From: Haliotis rufescens
Lineage: Eukaryota
Assembly: GCF_023055435.1 (NCBI RefSeq)
Contig: NW_025963968.1
Coordinates: 5,828,001-5,892,000, forward strand
Direction: 5' to 3'
DNA length: 64,000 bases
A model generated the notes under the pieces. The model was not told the DNA's origin and searched no databases. It was given only the letters and a program-made list of their open reading frames with translations. Both the position numbers and the translations under genes were made by a program. The stretch's first letter is position 1, and the number at the start of each line of letters is the position of its first letter. Below are positions 48,408 through 62,063 of the stretch, piece by piece.

Positions 48408-51400
48408 TTCTTTATTTCCTTCAAATGAATGAAGATATGCAGATATAATTATGTTACATTATGTTACATGTTTAACATGAATTGGGGGTATATTTACATA
48501 TGTTCATAAACATCCAAGTGTTTTAGCAGGTATCGCCATTTCCTTATAAAGCGGCTTACATTAATTATTACTTCTGCCCACACATCTCTTTCTCGTTCCA
48601 TAATTCTATTTGACATCCACCAAGTAAAGACGCAAGAATAACATCAATATCTTTCTCCCAGATCTTAACAAAAACATTTACATCCGGGATATCATATATT
48701 GTGTTAAAAAGTAAATTTCGGTCATTCATATTGATCGTGCAAGACATAAACACGTGCTTTACAATATCATTGGCAACAGTTTTACAATAGCATTCTCTAG
48801 AGACAATTTCAGCTGATCCATAGAATACAAGTCTTGCAATATTAGTTAAATGGTCATACTTCTCCAAGGCTAGTTTCCAGAGATAGTGTTCATTACTTGA
48901 TCTTATACTAACACATCTTGACAGTCTTGAATTCAGATGGACATAAAAAACATCATTTCGATGAGATTTAATAGCATCATTCACGGCCTTGGACTAGCAT
49001 TTCTTATTAATAAATTGACAATTATTGACACAGTTAACAAGTGTATCATTTATGTTATACTTTTGTACAAGTTGTAGCATATTATATATCGGATATTTTC
49101 TACTCCATACATTGCATTTAAAACTATCTGTACACATAAATTGACCCAGGCGAACTAGAAACATTACTTTAAAAACACAGTTATACTTTGCATTACATAG
49201 CTTTCCTAAGACGTAGAGTGCTCTTTTATCAATGTAATACTGTAGTGGCATGATACCGATAGCATCCAATACAACAATACTGAACTCTTTTACATAATTG
49301 ACGTTGTACAACTTCAAGCATTTCATACTCTTAAAGAGGAAGTTTACCCCATACGCTGCATCCATAGAGGCCACATGATAAGATTACCCTCTCCCAGATT
49401 CGTGCTTCAGATATAGGATTCAGACCACCAAAGTACAGCCCATTATTATGGTTAGTGTTGATGAGTACACGTAACTTTTCACATGCAGATTGTGTACGTT
49501 CAAGTGATGATTTATCTGTGCTAAGATATACACCTGCATATTTAATAGATTTCCTTTGTGGAACATCCATATCGCCAAATGATACATTAGTGGTTAGAAC
49601 CTTATTGTTTGGGCATCCAAAGTATAGAACTGCACTCTTGCTTACATTATATTTTAGCTGCCACATATGAGCATAGTTTTGAACGACGTAAAGAAGATTT
49701 CGTAGGCCTTTATTTGAGATACTCATCAAAGTAGTGTCGTCAGCAAGAAGAATCCCAGGACATTTACCCCATGGCAGAATTAAACCAGAATCTGAGTTTT
49801 CAAGTTCATATAGGAGGTCATTAATAAATAGCGTGAAAAGCCAAGCGGACATTACTCTACCTTGACCTACTCCTTGATTCACGGGGAATGCATCCGACTT
49901 AAATCCTTCAAAGCATACAAATGATTTCATAGAGCTGTAGGAGAGTCTTAATATTCTCCATAGTTTACCCGTTATTCCTATATCATACAGTTTAATAAAT
50001 AATCCATGAAGCCATACCCGATCAAATGCTTTTTCGTTATCTAAGAATGCACAGTATACAGGCAACATCCTTTCATTGTAATATGCAATATTTTATGTTA
50101 ACGTAAGTACAGCCGTTTCAGCACCATAGTGACGTCTAAATCCAAATTGCAAAGGATGTGGAAATTCTATGTTATCATCTACCCACGAGTCTATTCTGTT
50201 GAGAAGAAGTCTTTCAAAGAGTTTGTTTAATACAGGCGGCATTGTTATTCCTCTATAATTGGCAGGGTCATATTTTGATTTACCATGGCCTTTGTGTATA
50301 GGAAGGATTTGACCTATAGAAAATGATTTTGGAATGTATTCAAAGTTAATATTGCCATTGAATAGTAAGGCAATATGACACAGCAGAGATCTACCAGCTT
50401 TCTTTATATGTTAATTTACAACACCGTCAGTATCAAGACGTTTTACTGCACAATGGATTTCATCTTTAGTGAATGGACAATGCAGTGGCGATCTGGTGTC
50501 GTTACCTATATCCTCTATTGTTTCAATATTAGCAACTCACTCTTTAAGATTCTGAGCATGTGCATAGTCTCATTTTACATCAGGACAAGGAGTAGCTAGT
50601 GTATGAAAATAAAGTTCAAACAGATTGCAAATATCCTTTTTTCCTCGTAACAAGTTTGAGTGCCATAGACAAGCTTTTCAGTATTACGTTTGTAGCGTTT
50701 GTAACGTTTTGTCGTTTTGTAGAATTCTTTGACATCTACTTCTGCTGCCGCGCAGATTTCATTAAATCTATCTTTAGATAGATACTCTGGTACTTTGCAT
50801 GGCGATGTTTCTTACGGAAGAGATGTTTACTTTCTTTATATTTTGCGTAGGCAGCATCTTTTTTGTCTCTAACTTTACTGTTACGGCCAAAATGATAAAA
50901 TTATTTTTGGGTATTTATGTGTTCCCGATAGATTGTCGGAGAATTGCTATGATTAACCCTAGTGCAAATAGCAGTGATTTATTGTCAAGTTTGTTTTTTA
51001 GCGGGTAGCAATTTTCGTGGTTACAAAGGGGGATAACTGCTGGTAGGTTTTATTTTGGAAGTATGTCGCTTGCCTGCCTGCCATCATTGCCATGTGGGTT
51101 ATTCTTTTGGAAGAATAGATGGTCTACAAACAGTATGAATTACTTTATTAGCAGTCTTTGCTTGGAAGCATTTTGTGTTAGTATTATTAACTTATAAGCA
51201 GCACTTTTTATAGTATTCAGTCACGTTATTTAGTCTGTATTTTCACAAGGCTTTCGAAGCTGTTTGCTGCATTCAAAACTCGCTCGCTTTGCACGAGGTG
51301 TTAAAAATAGATTTTGCAACAGGTTGTTTTGTGAGGGCTTTTCAAACTTATTATTTAACAGTACATGCTTATTTATTGAAATATTGGTTATATGACTTGA

Positions 51401-53110
51401 CTGACATGTTTCGGTTCCCCAGAATTTTAAAGTTGTAGACTTTGTAAAAATATATCTTTATTGGTGAAGTATGTTACATAAGGTTGTAATAGTATCACAA
51501 TGTAAAATAGCATTATGTCATGCTATATTTTCTTATTTATTGCAGTCAATCTGTCACAAGTGAGACTTCAACACGCTATGAAATATGAACTGAACTTTGA
51601 TATAAACTTTCACTACAGTCTTCAGTCTTGCTTGTTTTCTGAATTGGCGATAGGGCCTATAGACCTATCTACTATAGAGAAGAACATTTACCATTAGTAA
51701 CCCATTGACGGCGATACTTTCGCATTTCTTTATGTAGATTATTAAAACCATCCTTCTTCCAGCAAGGTTTAAGATAGGCTCTAAAGCGTGTTGATGGAAT
51801 ACTACCGGCGGCAGAAGCATGTAGAGAACCTGTGATAAAGTCACAGTAGTATTCAATATAGTCTGCATTGCTATCAAAGTGAGCGTTGTTAATTTGAGTG
51901 CCACGGAAGTAATTTTCCGTTTCATATCGATATAGCATTAGGTCAGTTTCACTTGCTTTAGTCCAGTTTAAGATCTCTCCATGATAGTTCCCAATATTTA
52001 CAGAAAGATAAATACAAACAAATATTGGTAGGTGATCTGAGACGTTATATGGAATGCTAGTGTATATGACATATCCAGTAACACTGCTTAGTGAATCAAT
52101 ATCTATAAAGATTCGTGGTTTTACTTTGTTACATTTACTATTGAAAGTGTACTTGTACTCACCAAGTGGAACCACCGAATAAGGTGACGTTCGTTAAGCA
52201 GTCGTAATAAGCACCTAGCCCTGGGTCTCCTAGAAGGTAGGTTGGGTATTCTTGAGAAAGAATATCATAGCGTTCCATAACATGGTACAGTTCTTCAAAG
52301 TACACACTGTCTAGGACATTTGTTGATGGCAGTCTAGTCCCAAGTACATACACATGGCTAGTGCCAATGTGTAGTTTAATGCACAGTACGTGGCGGCTGT
52401 AGTGGGTGTCAATAGGAGTAACTTTGCACCAGTCACCTTTCCGTACAAACACCTCCAGAACCTCGCTGGTGCTGGTTAGAGTCAACTGGATTTCGAATAC
52501 ACATTAAAGTTGTCGTGGAATGTTTCCAGAAACTGTAAATGTTCCCTGTCTAGCCAGTGCTCTGTAACAAGCACGACGTCACATATGTCGAGTTTTTTGC
52601 ACAGCTCTGTTGTTCCATGTTTAATACCACGAATGTTCTATGTTAAGTAGGGTCATCAGTGTACATACGTTGATGGCCTCGGTTGCAGAATGAGGCATCA
52701 CAGTTAATACTCACTCTCGCCTTGTTTATCATTAGAGTACCATGTGTTACGGGGAACCCATTCTCAACAGTTCACGTTCTCGGGCCAGAATGTGTTATCG
52801 TCCAATATTGTTTTGGCACACTGTACAGGAACTGCAATGCGGATGGTATACGTTGGGTTCGAGCCTTCCCAGTGTCATAAGAAAATTATATTTGTAATGG
52901 TCACACCCCATTATTTGGCGTAGTCAACGATAGCGTCTTTCACAATGTCAAATGATTCGTCTGCTCTCATATATGACATCACGAGTCTCCTGTTCTTGTA
53001 TTTAGCTACACCTGTGAAAGATCGTCTCCACTGATTATCAAACCGCACAGATCTTAAATGTTGATGTTCCATTTCATGAAGAGTACAAGGTATACAGTGA
53101 AACGACAACA
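48340..53110 (-). mobile_element. Degraded APE-RT LINE (copy 1) with (TATC)n 3' tail
   Basis: APE motifs (VTEHWL, SDHLPI), RT motifs (FLDNEKAFDRVW, GVGQG, LLADDT), C-terminal Cys/His motif, AATAAA plus microsatellite tail at 48340-48416; multiple frameshifts. Confidence 0.9.
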
Positions 53111-53139
53111 TCTATAGTATATGTCAGAAGAGGTTCATA

Positions 53140-56100
53140 TAAGTATGTATCATATTGATTATTGGTGTTATTTAATGGACGATTAGCATGTGCTATTTAC
53201 AATTGTACACTTGCTTACAATATATACATTGTTTAGTATAAGCAGCTTCGGATGACTTCATCCCACTTTTTAACTGCATCACCAATATTTATCATGCTCT
53301 CTACCCATACATTGTAGTCTAATTCATCTTCAAGTTGTTTAGGTAAACCGCCAAGCAGAAAAGTCAGAAAGCTATCATCGTCTGTCCAGATTCTCACAAA
53401 TATTTTAACATCAAGCAAATCAATGATTTTCCATAACCTATGTTCTCATCCAGATCGTATTGTAAGATATCTTGACAGAGATAATCTGCTCAGAAGCGCA
53501 TTGTATAGTATTTTTTTGTCGTGTAGGTGAATCTGTTCTTTCACCGGTTTTGACCATAATCGTTTCTTAATGAAATTTGAACACATTATATAATCATTAA
53601 CCTCGTCAGACAAATTATATTTGGAGACTAGATGTAGCATGCTAAAGAAAGGTGATTTCGTGTGCCACTTGTTCTTATTAACTTGTGTTGTTTTATATCT
53701 AAACTGTCCAAGTCGGACTAGAAACATTTGTTTGAAAATATACATTAGGTTTGAATTACATAGCTTACCAAGGAGCAAAAGCTTTTGTTGATCAATGTAT
53801 CCTTGTACTGATATAACACCAATTGTGTCTCTCTCTATTTCTTTGTGCAAACGCTTATTAAAACCCTGGATTTTCTTACAGAAATAGCGTTGAGTGATTT
53901 CGAGCATTTCATATTCCTTTAATGATAGTTTTCCCCACACATTACATCCATATAAGCCACAGGGTAATATCACTCGTTGCCAGATGCGCACGGCGGCTAT
54001 AGGATTAAGTCCACCAAAGTACAGGCCAGAATCATAGTTTACATTTATCAATTTTCTCAGTTTTTTCACATACTAACCTCGTTCCTTCTTCAAAGGTTTT
54101 AACAGTACATATGTGCACTCCCGCATAGACAATTGCCTTTTGAACAGGTAATTTTACCTAACCAATGTAAAGATGTTCAGGCGACACTGTTTTTTTACTA
54201 CATCCAAAAGTTAGGACAGCACTTTTGAACACATTGTATTTTAACTGCCACTTGTTACCATAATTTTCTTCAACGTTTAGGAGCATTTGACCTGTTTTAG
54301 TTACGGCTGATCAAGGTCGTGTCGTCTGCTAACACTAACCCTGGGCATCGTCCCCACGGGAGACATAGTCCACAACCGGAATTGCTTAGTTCATGAAGTA
54401 AATCGTTTATATAAAGAGTAAAGAGCCATGCTGATATGACACGACCCTGACCTACACCCTGTATAACAGGGAAAACATCAGATTTGAAGCCAGCAAAGCT
54501 AACACATGAGTACATAGAATTGTAAGATAGCCGTAGAATTCTCCAGAATTTACCATTGATACCAAATTTATGTAATTTGTAGAAGAGACCGTTAAGCCAA
54601 ACACGAGCGAAGGCTTTCTCGTTATCGAGAAAGGCACAATAAACTGGTGACTTTCTTTCGTTAAAGTATGAAATACTTTCTAGAAGAGTGAGAGCCGCCG
54701 TTTCAGCACCAGCATTTTTCCTAAATCCAAACTGTAGGGGGTGACGAAAGGCTACATCGTCGCTTGTCCATTTTTCGATTCTGTTGAGAAGCATTCTTTC
54801 GAAAAGCTTACTTAGGAGTGTTATGCCCCTGTAGTTAGATGGATCACTTTTACTTCTTCCTCGTCCCTTATGTACTGGTAAGATTTCGCCAATATGATAC
54901 ATTTTGGGTATATATTCATGTTTAATAATAGCATTGAATAATACCATAATATGCTTTAATAAAGATCTTCCCGCATTTGAATATGTTCGTTTGTGAGCCC
55001 ATCAGGTCCTGGAGATTTATTGTTTTTCAGTCCTTTAACTGTACTTACTACCTCTGCAATGGTGAATGGTCTCTTCAATGGATGGTTAGCAGTTACATCG
55101 GTATCAGCATCAGATGTTTCGTTGTTTTCAATATTTGTGACTGAACATATTACTTCATCAGCAAAAGAGCAGTCAAAATGACTTTGCATGGTTGGGATTG
55201 ACAAGTCTCTAAAGTATTTACCAAAGATTCCACAAATACCTTCCGCGTTACTACTTTGATTATATAAAGAAGTTTGTGTATTTACAAATGTAGCCCTTAG
55301 TTTTGTGATATCGTCTTGCAGTTTTAAAATATTCATGTACATCTATTTCAGCTGCCTCATAGAGTCTTCTAAAACTACGCTTTGCTTCTTTATATTTAAC
55401 AAAGTTCTCATCGTTCTTAGCATGTGACCTGCCATTCTCTTGCCAATGTCGTCTTTTACTTTGATTTCATCATGTAATAACTTCAGATTGTCTTTTTCCA
55501 GTTGGGTTTGAGGTAGGGTTTAAACTTCGTTGATGGGATACTTACTGCAGTAGATGCATGGAGGGCTTCTGTAATATACTTATTATACGTTTCAATATAT
55601 TCATTATGGGATGGGAATAGGGACAAATTGCATATGTCTTTACGAAAGTAATTTTCAGTTTCATAACGATAGAGCATAAGATCAGTATCACACGCTTTCT
55701 TCCAATTGAGCTTATATGCACCATATGCTTTTTTAGGACAGTCATTTGTTATACACAGAAGGATAGGCAGATGGTCTGAGACAGTATATGGTATATCGGT
55801 ATCAATGGTAAAACCAATAATCCAGCTGTTCGAAGTATACACTGTCTAAGATGTTAGTGGAAGGTAATCTAGTTCATATAATGTGTTACTACCTGTTTGT
55901 AGACTTACTCCGATTACATTTTGGCTTTGTGGTGTATTGATAACGGATAGCCTACACCAATCGGCTTTACGAAAGTTGCTATACCACCTGACCCACGCTG
56001 AGAAGTACTGGTACAGCTGCATTTATAGTAAACATCAAAATCATCATGTATAGTGTTCATAAGGGAAGCATTTTGTTCACTTAATCAATGTTCAGTCACA

Positions 56101-57172
56101 AAGAATAGATCTGTGCTGTCTAGTCTGGCACATAACTGATGTGTACCGTGCATAATGCCTCGTATGTTCTAAGTTGCTATTCGATTCATAACGAGTAGTA
56201 GCATGGCTTGTATGGCTTTTCATTCTCGGCTCCTGAGTTGTCATATGTATACCAGGAACTTATCAAACCGCACAGATCGTAAATGTTGATGTTCCTCAGG
56301 TTGGCTGGATATATTGTCTTGGGTTGAAGTTGGCTTGTCTCTCCTGCTTTCAGCGTGTTTCGTCGTGTCGGGCACGTGCTCGTGGGGTTGGCTATCATCC
56401 AAAAGGAGTAAGCTGTCCTCTGGGCTTGGTGGTGGATGGATATCAGCGAAGGTTGGGACTGTGCTGTTTTGTACAGCATGGTGTGTTACATCATAGCCTG
56501 GACTGAAGTTTGCTTCAGCAGTGAATGGCCTTGAGTTGGGCCGAACTGGAGGCCGGGTCTCGCCACAGCTTGGGTTGTTAACTGCCTCTGAATAGAGCAG
56601 CTTGTTTCTGGTATTCATGCTGTCAATCTTGCCACCAATTGCACAGGCTGTTTTATTTATCCCATTTATTGTTGTATTCAGAGTGTCTTTCATGTCCTTA
56701 ATGACAACATCTTTCCTCTGGATTTCACTTTTTAAAGTAGTGATTTCAGATTTCATTTTGTCTACATTACACTTGAGCTTCTGGGCTTCACTGTAGTATA
56801 TTTTGATTTCATCTTTCTTTTATTCAAGTGTCCTTATCCTATCCCGCATGTCACTCTCATATTTAGACTTGAAATCTTGCAGGTTCTCATTTACATCCAT
56901 GAACTTTCCACACATATCTCCATGAAAAACACATCAATTTAGTGAACATACGAGCTAGTGTCCTTATTGTTCAGACTATTGTCGGAGCTTTCTATGTCAG
57001 TATAATCGTCTGATCGAGTTTTCTGTTTACTCATGACTTCACTCTGTATCACATGAGCTGGCACGGATCCATGTATGTATCTATACAGCAGGTACACATC
57101 AGAAGCATACTTTTCTAGAACAGTTTTCAATTGTCCAGATCGTAGAATGTCACAGTCAAGTGAGTCGGTGAT
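53140..57172 (-). mobile_element. Degraded APE-RT LINE (copy 2) with coiled-coil ORF1 remnant
   Basis: ORF1-like coiled-coil 56241..56756; SDHLPI, KSPGPDGL, NYRGITLL, FLDNEKAF, GVGQG, LADDT. Confidence 0.9.
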
Positions 57173-58290
57173 ATAGGTACAGGTATTGTACATGTAGTGA
57201 GTCGTGTATACAGCTATAAGTATTGTACATGTAGTAAGTATTGTATACAGCTATAGTGTACATGTAGTGAGTCGTGTATACAGCTATATTGTACATGTAG
57301 TAAGTCTTGTATACATCTATAGGTATTGTACATGTAGTAAGTCTTGTATACAGCTATAGGTATTGTACATGTAGTGAGTCGTGTATACAGCTATATTGTA
57401 CATTTAGTGAGTCGTGTGTACAGCTATAGGTATTGTACATGTAGTAAGTCTTGTATACAGCTATAGGTATTGTACATGGAGTGAGTCGTGTATACAGCTA
57501 TAGGTATTGTACATGTAGTGAGTCGTGTATACAGCTATAGGTATTGTACATGTAGTGAGTCATGTATACAGCTATAGGTATTGTACATGTAGTAAGTCGT
57601 GTATACAGCCATAGGTATTGTACATGCAGTGTGTCATGTATACAGCGATAAGTATTGTACATGTAGTAAGTCTTGTATACAGCTATAGGTATTGTACATG
57701 TAGTAAGTCTTGTATACAGCTATAGGTATTGTACATGGAGTGAGTCGTGTATACAGCTATAGGTATTGTACATGTAGTGAGTCGTGTATACAGCTATATT
57801 GTACATGTAGTGAGTCGTGTATACAGCTATATTGTACATGTAGTTAGTCTTGTATACATCTATAGGTATTGTACATGTAGTAAGTCTTGTATACATCTAT
57901 AGGTATTGTACATGTAGTGAGTCGTGTATACAGCTATATTGTACATGTAGTAAGTCTTGTATACATCTATAGGTATTGTACATGTAGTAAGTCTTGTATA
58001 CAGCTATAGGTATTGTACATGTAGTGAGTCGTGTATACAGCTATATTGTACATTTAGTGAGTCGTGTGTACAGCTATAGGTATTGTACATGTAGTGAGTC
58101 ATGTATACAGCTATAGGTACTGTACATGTAGTGAGTCATGTATACAGCTATAGGTATTGTACATGCAGTGAGTCGTGTATACAGCTATATTGTACATGTA
58201 GTGAGTCGTGTATACAGCTATAGGTATTGTACATGTAGTGAGTCTTGTATACAGCTATAGGTATTGTTCATGTCGCGAGTCTTGTATACA
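57173..58290. repeat. Satellite D (right portion of split array)
   Basis: Same 37-bp unit, same orientation as 48057-48338. Confidence 0.95.
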
Positions 58291-60458
58291 ATATCACACA
58301 GTGGTAACATAACAGTGGTTTACGTATTAGAATGTTTGACATATCTTCTTTCCCAACTGTGCCTGATGGAAGGTTGACAATTCGTTCCGTTGTTACCGAT
58401 CACTCTTCACGTCAGAACAGGTCTTGCATATCCGTTATGTCAATATATTACATAAAACGATCAATCACACACCAGAGTTCAAGCAGGACCAAGATATAAA
58501 TTAAGTAAAGACATCTATATCAAACAATAGACGAAAATGTCACTCCGAATATGGCACAATTTCCGGGCTTGATCAAGATGACAGGACAAAATGAAATATG
58601 GTTTTTATCATTTTAAATATATCATTGACATTTCGAGGCAGAATTCATTGAAACAAAGTTATTAGAAGCTACTGTTTGACTGCCTGATGCGTGACGATTA
58701 TGTAGTCTGGTCCTAAACTGGAATATTTGCAAAAGCGGTGTGAAACAATATTTAATCAAGTACTTGGTAACATGTACAACACCCCTCATTCCACGGGGGC
58801 CATCTTCAACACGACTCATTCCATATTCCGGGATTTTAGAAATCTGGTCGATTTCAATCAAATCTTTGTAAAATCATAATTGGTGATGAATTTCATTTTA
58901 TACCAGGGTGCCATGAATTGGACCATTTAAGAAATAAATATGTTCCATTATATTATTGTAAATATCCAAATACTGAACAATTTGTTTCACTTATGATTTG
59001 TTCTTCCAAACTTCCTCTCTTACGACTAGCCCAGTATGTAAAATGTGGACTGCGTATGCTCCACTAGCAATTGTCTAATTTCGTTGTATATATGTCTCTC
59101 TTGTCAACTTATTTATGTCACCACGGTGATTCATGAGACAAGATAAACATCAAACATCAAACGATAAAGCTGGAATATTGATAAAGCAGCGTAAAAACAA
59201 ACTCACTCACTCAAACGTCAAAAACTAATACTTGGATACTTTGGGTTATTTACTCTATAACTACTCTGTAATTTATCCAATTCAAAAATGATTCCAAGCG
59301 AGTGTAAATGACATAATGTTTTTACTTATTAGGTCGAAACATTCATATTATCGTTTATCCCATGTGAGAAACATGCGTGACATATATGCAGTTGTGATAA
59401 TGGAAGAAAACTGCTTGATATACCTCACATGCACAACGGTTACTGCTGTGAAAGTCTCATAATTAAGGGGGATACAACGAGCGCCTGAATTGTTGGAGGA
59501 CAGGTCTCTCTGGTCGCATTACACCAGAGGTTAAGCCAATGTGATTGACAGTCGAACCTTATCCCCGGATCAAAGAGGATGATCTAACACGAAGCATGTT
59601 CATTTTGACGTCATCTTCCAATGTCCCTGACAAAGCAAGTCGAAGAAGTTATTTTAAGACCCACCCGTACATTAGCTTAGTTAATGTGTAAAAGCATTAC
59701 GCTTGTCTAGCTTCTTAAATTATACAATATATGTTTATTCAGGGTTTTATGTAATGACTAATTTGTTTAAAACACTGCATATTAAAGAATATTGCTTGGG
59801 CCAACATTTATAAATCTCTGATATTCGTTGTAACGGTTGGCAGATGGGGTATCGAATTCCTTTTATTAAATAATTTCAACACTTTATGTACATACATCAT
59901 GTAGCGTCTGTCCATTCGCCTACGAGCACGTGTAAGTGCGACACGCATAAATTACTTGAGTGAGTGAGTGAATATTGCTTAACGCCGCATCAGCAACTTT
60001 GCAGTTATTCCCATCAGTGCATTTGAGTGTTCATGTTCACACCCGTCCACTGAACAGTCAAGCGATAAATACAGTATATGTTATGCATGACAACGTCTTT
60101 ATTCTATTATTATGCGACGTTTCCTTACAGATCCTTAATGATAAATGATCATGGATGAGGCTTCTGGCTTCTAGCTCCTGATCAGAAACAATCCAGGTTC
60201 ATTATCTCTCTTGAGAATCTGCGTCTCTTTTAAGCAGACCCAGGTGATTTTGTTGAGCGTTTGTAACCATGGAAGAGTCTTTGGTTCACAACTATCAGCC
60301 AGAGAAACAGCAGAAGCATTTAACGTCTCCTCCTCCTGAAGGCAAAGGCAATGATCATTGCTTCGGGTTTCTGCGCAACCCATTCACGTTAGTACTGGCA
60401 GTCAGGCCCACAGCCGATTTCTAAATCCCGAGTATCATTAAGAAATACTGCAACTAAG

Positions 60459-60734
60459 AGTGAGTGAGTTGGGTTTAACGCCACTTTTAACAGTATTCCA
60501 GTTATATCGCGGCGTGTCAGCTTAAAGTGGGAGGAAAGCCCGAAGTGATGCAGGTCTCAGACGTTTACCACTTCGGTGAAACCCACGAGCACGGGTATGG
60601 TGCTGACAAACCTAGAAACATAATCGGGGCGAACCGGGATTCGAACCCACAATCATAGGTTTCTGGCATGCCCAAGGGACGCAACTCTGCACAGCGAATC
60701 GCGGCGCCTTAGACGACTGGGCCACCCGTGCCCC
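60459..60734 (-). mobile_element. tRNA-SINE family 2
   Basis: Same family; TSD CTGCAACT. Confidence 0.88.
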
Positions 60735-61126
60735 CTGCAACTCACAAGGTACCGATACCCGGTAGACAGCTGGCTGAAGACACCCAAACCACCTAAACCT
60801 TTCAACTAGTTAACCCAGGAGGGTTACATAAATAGTAAATATAATTTATCATTCGGGCCAATGTAACAGAAATCACCGTAATTTAACAACGTGAAAAGTA
60901 AGGCATGTCCATGCAATTGAGGAAAATACATTATGATAAACCATATGCCATTTGGAAAAAAAGGAATATCGGAATGCTTCGTTATTTGCGTTATAGAGAC
61001 AAATAACGAAATATTTCGTCATTCGTGTTTCACATTCTTGAGTGACGGATAACGAATTATTTCGTCATACTTCTTTCAAATAACTCAATGACGAATTACA
61101 TTGTTGTCCGTGTCTGATAACGGTTC

Positions 61127-61548
61127 CATCGTCTTAGGAATGGTGCTTGGTGCTATGTGGAAAAACCTTGCCACAGCTGAAGAAGATTCTCCCGTTTGCA
61201 GTCGGCCGATGGCGTTGTTGCGTTTGGCTTCCGTCAGTCGTGGAATTTTTTCGCTGTTCACTTCCTATAAGATTGTGAAGGCATGGACATGAAAACCCAA
61301 CGTCATTATAGCCCTACAAGTGACGTTGCACGTGCACGTTATGTTGGTGTGTTTCGGCACCAGGCTCTCACGTGGTTGTGTTTTTGCGATATTTCCATCA
61401 TTTTACCAAATTTCCTAATCATTTCCACAAATCAATCCCAGTCCATGTAGAAATGATCAATTCATTTTTGGCATTAATTTTATATGGATTTCGGAAACAC
61501 TGTCACATTACGATTTTACTAATTTTGCGTTTCTTTTTTTGCAGAGTA
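61127..61548 (-). mobile_element. Tc1/mariner 5' relic (TIR plus transposase N-terminal HTH)
   Basis: TA|TACTCTGCAAAAAAAGAAACGC end at ~61548. The minus frame from 61246 reads (I)PRLTEAKRNNAIGRLQTGESSSAVARFFHIAPSTI, typical of a Tc1 paired-like HTH. Confidence 0.7.
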
Positions 61549-62063
61549 TATCAATGTTTCCCTTCTTCAGGAATCTTTTCAGAAAACATTGTCTCAGTCC
61601 ATGTCTGTGCAACGTGTGATGTTAGCGAACCATTTCATCAGTCGTCATTGATATGTGTAAAAGACGAAATAATTCGTTATGCTTTATTCAGTAATTCAAA
61701 TGCGGGTAACGAAATATTTATACACTTCCATAAACATGTAGAATGTCAGTTTCCCTTCCTCCATAGCACACGCTGTGTAACCCCGATGTAATGTACATAA
61801 TGTACAAACTTCATATACACTCTCACCTTACAGGTACCCAACCGCTTCACATTTCATGTCCACAACATGAAACTATAACGCATGAATAAAACTAAAATGC
61901 GAATTTCAAATTCCCTTTTCATGCCCCAGTGAGTTTATTTACAAGCGTAGGATACATGGATGATGAGCTTTGAACTGTAAATCTCGTCTAGTGAAACACA
62001 CAAGTACTACAAATTCAAGAATTTATTTGAGTAAAGTGAGGACAGATGACGCACAAATGAAAG

